A model generated the notes under the pieces. That model saw nothing but the letters and a program-made list of their open reading frames with translations. It searched no databases and was not told the DNA's origin. Positions 62,146 to 64,000 of a stretch of DNA of 64,000 bases are shown here, piece by piece. Location: positions 105,886-169,885 of the forward strand of contig MCFE01000106.1 in assembly GCA_002104905.1 (NCBI GenBank), written 5' to 3'. Source of the stretch: Basidiobolus meristosporus CBS 931.73 (lineage: Eukaryota > Fungi > Basidiobolomycota). How positions within the stretch are numbered: the first letter of the stretch is position 1; every line of letters begins with the position of its first letter. Made by a program: the position numbers and the translations under genes.

Positions 62146-62210
62146 GGTTAGGGGGGAGACAGTCACCAACAGGTGAAATCTTTATTTCAGTTGAAACAAA
62201 GAAGCCAGCG

Positions 62211-64000
62211 CTACTGTTGTAGCTTTGATACAAGAGTGTGTAGCTGAGGGGAATTTGTAGGTAAGTTAATAAGAAGTGATGATAGTTCTTCAGTGCTCAA
62301 GACACTGTTCAGTGGGAAGGGGGGTAGCAAGAGAGGTAAGAATGACTTGTGAACAACATTAATGAGGGGAATGTGATAAGGATTGATATTCATCATAAAG
62401 GGAGTATGCTGCTGCAGATATTGCTGCCAAAGGTCTGTCAAGTACTTCAGGTAGGCCAGCTTGGGTTTTTCTGACTGCAGAATATAGTGAGCAAACTTCT
62501 TGACTTCAGGATCTCCAAGTATAGTTCTCCAGCAGGAGCCAGGTGTTGTGTGGTGTGTTCTCTTCCAGGCCTTAATCAGTGGGTTGTTGCAGTTGTGAAG
62601 TCTGAGGTATAATCTGGTTCTAAGGTAGAGAAGTCTGATCTTATAGGGCATAAACCCAAAAGCACCAAGAATAGCATGTCTGTAGGGGCATTCAGGCAAA
62701 TGAGGCACCAAGGAGGTAATGCACCATACTGCAAACTTGTCAAGCTTAGTGCAGTCTCTAGAAGTAAGAGAGAGAAGTGGTAAGCCAAATTCCAGGACAG
62801 GGAAGACAAACTGCTTGAGTAGAAGGAGGCAGCTGGGAGCTGAAGTTGTAGGAGGAGTAACAGCCAGTAGCTTGTGGAGTGCCTGTCTTGCCAGGATAAT
62901 TCTCTTCTTCAGGTGTGCTCCAGAGTCTAGTCCAGTAGGAAGGAAAGGAAAGCCAAGATATGTAGCAGAAACCTGAGCAGGTAGAGTGGAGTTCTCCAAG
63001 TTGATGGGAGAGCCCAAAGGTACTGTCTTTGCAATGGAAAGCTGGAGATTATTCTTCTGCAGATACTGGTGGATGGTCTGGGAGTCTTGTTGCACATTGG
63101 AGGAGGATATTCTGATGTCATCAGCAAAGAGAGTAACCAGGCAGTCAGCTGAGAGTCTTGGGAAATCATTCAGGAAGATGGCAAACAGTATAGGACCAAG
63201 CACAGAGCCTTGAACCACTCCATTAGGAACTGAGAACACAGCTGATTGCTCACTTGGGTGCAGAATTCTTGCTTGTGGATCCAGAAACAGAGACCTGACA
63301 AGGAGGGTGAGAGAGGTACTGGAGAAGCATTGCAACTTGGACCAAAGCAGATTTCTGTCAACTGAATCAAAGGCCTTAGTAATATCAAACAGAACAGAGG
63401 GATACTTGCACTGGAGAGAGTGATCTTGGCTAAGTATGACTGCATATTCCAAGGAGAGGCCAGGAACAAAGCCAAACTGTGCAGGATGAAACTTGAGAGA
63501 GTCAGAGTAGAGCTCCTGAGCAAGCAGAAGCTCAAACACCTTTCTGCAGGTGGGCAGCAGAGATATTGGCCTGTAGGAGCTAGGATCCAGGTGCTTTCCT
63601 TTACCCTTGTACAGTGGCAGAACATTTGCAAAGGACCATTCCTCAGGAGTAGAAAGCTGGGCTGAGCATTGCTGAAACAGTGGAAGCAGAAGTGCAGACA
63701 TGGCCTTGGTACTAGTCTTCAGAAGCTCATAGGAGATTGTGTCCACACCTGGAGCAGTAGAGTTGGGAAGCCTCTTGAGCACATTATGGATTCTCCTTTG
63801 ATCAAGTGCAAGTGGGATGGGCAGAGTCTTGAAGTCAGGATGAAAGCCAGGAGTTGAGTGCTGCTTTGTAGAGAAGAAGATGTTAGCCAGCTGTTCTGTT
63901 GAAGGTAACTTCCTGGAAGAGGGCCTCATTGCCCTGTAGAGTCTTGATACTGTTCTTGTTATAGAGTTGGAAGATTGCAGAGGCAAGGAACTCATAATAT
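62211..64000 (-). CDS. Non-LTR (LINE-type) reverse transcriptase, open frame running off the window edge
   Basis: APGVDTISYELLK, YKGKG..YRPISLL..KVFE, QFGF, FDITKAFDSV, GVVQGSVLGPILF, LFADDI, YLGF. Confidence 0.95.
   Translation of the reverse strand, partial: IMSSLPLQSSNSITRTVSRLYRAMRPSSRKLPSTEQLANIFFSTKQHSTPGFHPDFKTLPIPLALDQRRIHNVLKRLPNSTAPGVDTISYELLKTSTKAMSALLLPLFQQCSAQLSTPEEWSFANVLPLYKGKGKHLDPSSYRPISLLPTCRKVFELLLAQELYSDSLKFHPAQFGFVPGLSLEYAVILSQDHSLQCKYPSVLFDITKAFDSVDRNLLWSKLQCFSSTSLTLLVRSLFLDPQARILHPSEQSAVFSVPNGVVQGSVLGPILFAIFLNDFPRLSADCLVTLFADDIRISSSNVQQDSQTIHQYLQKNNLQLSIAKTVPLGSPINLENSTLPAQVSATYLGFPFLPTGLDSGAHLKKRIILARQALHKLLAVTPPTTSAPSCLLLLKQFVFPVLEFGLPLLSLTSRDCTKLDKFAVWCITSLVPHLPECPYRHAILGAFGFMPYKIRLLYLRTRLYLRLHNCNNPLIKAWKRTHHTTPGSCWRTILGDPEVKKFAHYILQSEKPKLAYLKYLTDLWQQYLQQHTPFMMNINPYHIPLINVVHKSFLPLLLPPFPLNSVLSTEELSSLLINLPTNSPQLHTLVSKLQQ

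Larger units (their letters stand above)
57812..64000 (-). mobile_element. Head-to-tail array of non-LTR retroelement units sharing a 3' terminus
   Basis: Seven copies of a terminal motif (plus strand ~TTAGGG GAGGGAAAGTCACC-N-GGTGAAATCTTTATTT) at 57812, 58073, 58574, 60283, 61065, 61611, 62146; RT and ORF1 remnants; near-total CpG loss. Confidence 0.9.

Noticed and set aside
57812-62187. Repeated ~45-nt motif with unique intervening DNA resembling a CRISPR array
   Set aside because: Spacers are 260-1700 bp retroelement fragments, the genome is eukaryotic and no cas genes are present.

Overview
Eukaryotic genomic DNA, about 45% GC, with short (roughly 50-90 nt) spliceosomal introns. Gene content (CYP51, RFX, forkhead, Mph1/FANCM, Uls1-like SNF2, JMJD6, ethylene-receptor-like genes, a minor-spliceosome intron) points to an early-diverging fungus; a Zoopagomycota/Mucoromycota affinity such as Basidiobolus is my inference. 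Positions 1-57,700 are gene-rich. I reconstructed exon structures by eye because the ORF track ignores introns. Positions ~57,800-64,000 are an almost CpG-free, head-to-tail array of non-LTR retroelement units. Highlights: (1) seven retroelement 3' ends share AATAAA + stem-loop + a CCCTAACCC telomere-like tail, all in one polarity with the most intact unit at the right edge; the array includes an RT element, an ORF1-only unit and a tRNA-headed SINE-like unit, suggesting a telomere-primed retroelement system. (2) Two inverted ETR1-type ethylene-receptor genes (ethylene-binding domain + GAF, no histidine kinase) flank Mph1/FANCM and share a 491-bp near-identical GC-rich tract. (3) The RFX gene has a U12-type AT-AC intron. 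(4) There is a plant-type LRR-TM-SH3 receptor with one LRR per ~72-nt exon. All gene models and homology calls come from motif recognition, not database searches.
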